Part shown: positions 62,715-64,000 of the stretch, piece by piece
How the letters are laid out: each line of letters opens with the position of its first letter
Position numbering within the stretch: position 1 is the stretch's first letter
Source: Octopus bimaculoides
Taxonomy: Eukaryota
NCBI RefSeq assembly: GCF_001194135.2
Contig: NC_068988.1
Location: 34,783,917 to 34,847,916, forward strand
Direction: 5' to 3'
DNA length: 64,000 nucleotides
Made by a program: the position numbers and the translations under genes
Notes under the pieces: generated by a model
The model's database searches: none
Seen by the model: the letters and a program-made list of their open reading frames with translations, nothing else
What the model was told of the DNA's origin: nothing

Positions 62715-63230
62715 GGAATTCTTGTTGAGCCAGTGGATAGCGATAATGTAGGTTGTTACAAAGTAAAGTTCAAACTAGTTAATTACACTGACCACAAATT
62801 AGTTATTCTTATAATCAACTTAAATAAAACCCAAAGACAGAGACCTAGTTACTGGAAGTTGAACCTGCCTTTGCTGGCAGGCAGAGACTGCAGAAGCCAG
62901 ATTTGCAAACTAGTTTAGCAGCAGTTGGTGGGGAGCAGTTTTGGCGACCAGTGGTTGTGTACCCTGAAGAGAGCAATTAGATCAGAATTGATAGTATTTT
63001 TCAAAGAGCTAGTGGTAGAGAAAAATAGATTAGACGGGTGCAAATTAGCAATGTAGAAGAGGCATTTTCTATATGAATTGCAACCAACATGTCCGCTGCA
63101 AGAATAGCCCTCAAACATTTCTTCTATGCATAACAAGACTGCATTGTCAGAGCTAGGGCTCATGCGTTCAATCACTTTGATAGAATGCACCTTGCCATTT
63201 GCTATAATGATAGAGAGGAGGCAAATTTGA
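62715..63230 (+). mobile_element. L1-Tx1 ORF2 internal fragment (end of the endonuclease and the linker)
   Basis: YTDHKLV...RPSYWKLNLPLL...W..LKRAIR...CIVRARAH matches the L1/Tx1 pattern SDH...G.WKLN.SLL...W..LK..IR...RAR. Stop codons are present. Confidence 0.8.
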
Positions 63231-64000
63231 ACCTTTTCATTTGTAATGATTTTCCCCAGACAATTAAAACGCTCATTGGTCAGATCAAATAGGCTTTCGA
63301 AACTGAATCTGTTTTAGCTTTCTTTTTTTTCACTTTTGTTGTTTTATTTGTTTTGCTTTTTTTTTTTAAATACAAATTTGTGCTGACCATTTGATTTTGT
63401 TAGAAATATCATTTTTCTCTAATTCAATACGTCTGGAAATAATTCTGGAGCATTATATTGATTGGTGGAGTTAATTAATTATTATCCTCTGCTTCTTCAC
63501 CTTTGTGCAATCACCAATTAGACAATCGACAAAAAAATAGATAAATAAATATAAAAAATATTTAAAAATTATAAAACAAATTGCCAGCCGAGGTAGTGGG
63601 AAACTTAGGAAATGTGGAAAATAAAACCAAAAAGCAAAACATAAAAATATATAAAAATATATATGCAGTGTCCATGGTATTCTCGAAGTCATAGACTTTG
63701 AATCATTTCCATTGAAGAATTTGTTCCAGTTAAGTTATTAATCTTAATTAGAGAGAAATAATTACTATTGTTGTTGTTACTCTTGATGTTATAATTGTCT
63801 TCATTATCATTGTTGTTGCTATTTTGTCGTCATTAAAGCTTTCTTGTTTTTGTTTTCTATGTTAGTATTCAGAATTTTGTCTCTTTAGGCATAGCGGCAT
63901 GGAGATACAGAATTGAACTGAAAAGTTCAGATTGATATTCTTTTTTTCTTTTTCTCTTTTTTTGCCTTTTGATAAATCTCTCTCTAGTTAAGCACACATG

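Overview
AT-rich, microsatellite-saturated eukaryotic DNA with nine N-gaps. Its repeat content (tRNA-derived SINEs, RTE, CR1 and L1-Tx1 LINE ends, piggyBac-like MITEs) looks like a coleoid cephalopod, most likely Octopus; this is inferred from repeat style, not from a search. The window is intronic or intergenic. No gene can be named, and most ORF-track entries are microsatellite or N artefacts. A few short candidate exons have plausible splice signals. SINE labels A, A', B, D and E are my own working names. The main findings are: (1) a near-intact type I hammerhead ribozyme at 42150-42252 (+), overlapped by a 47-bp-arm palindrome. (2) A tandem pair of decayed repeats at 26318-26703 (-) whose consensus rebuilds a complete minimal hammerhead of the Penelope-like-element type. 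(3) Modular SINEs that borrow 3' tails from Tx1 and RTE LINEs whose ends are also present in this window. All alignments were done by eye, and element boundaries are approximate.
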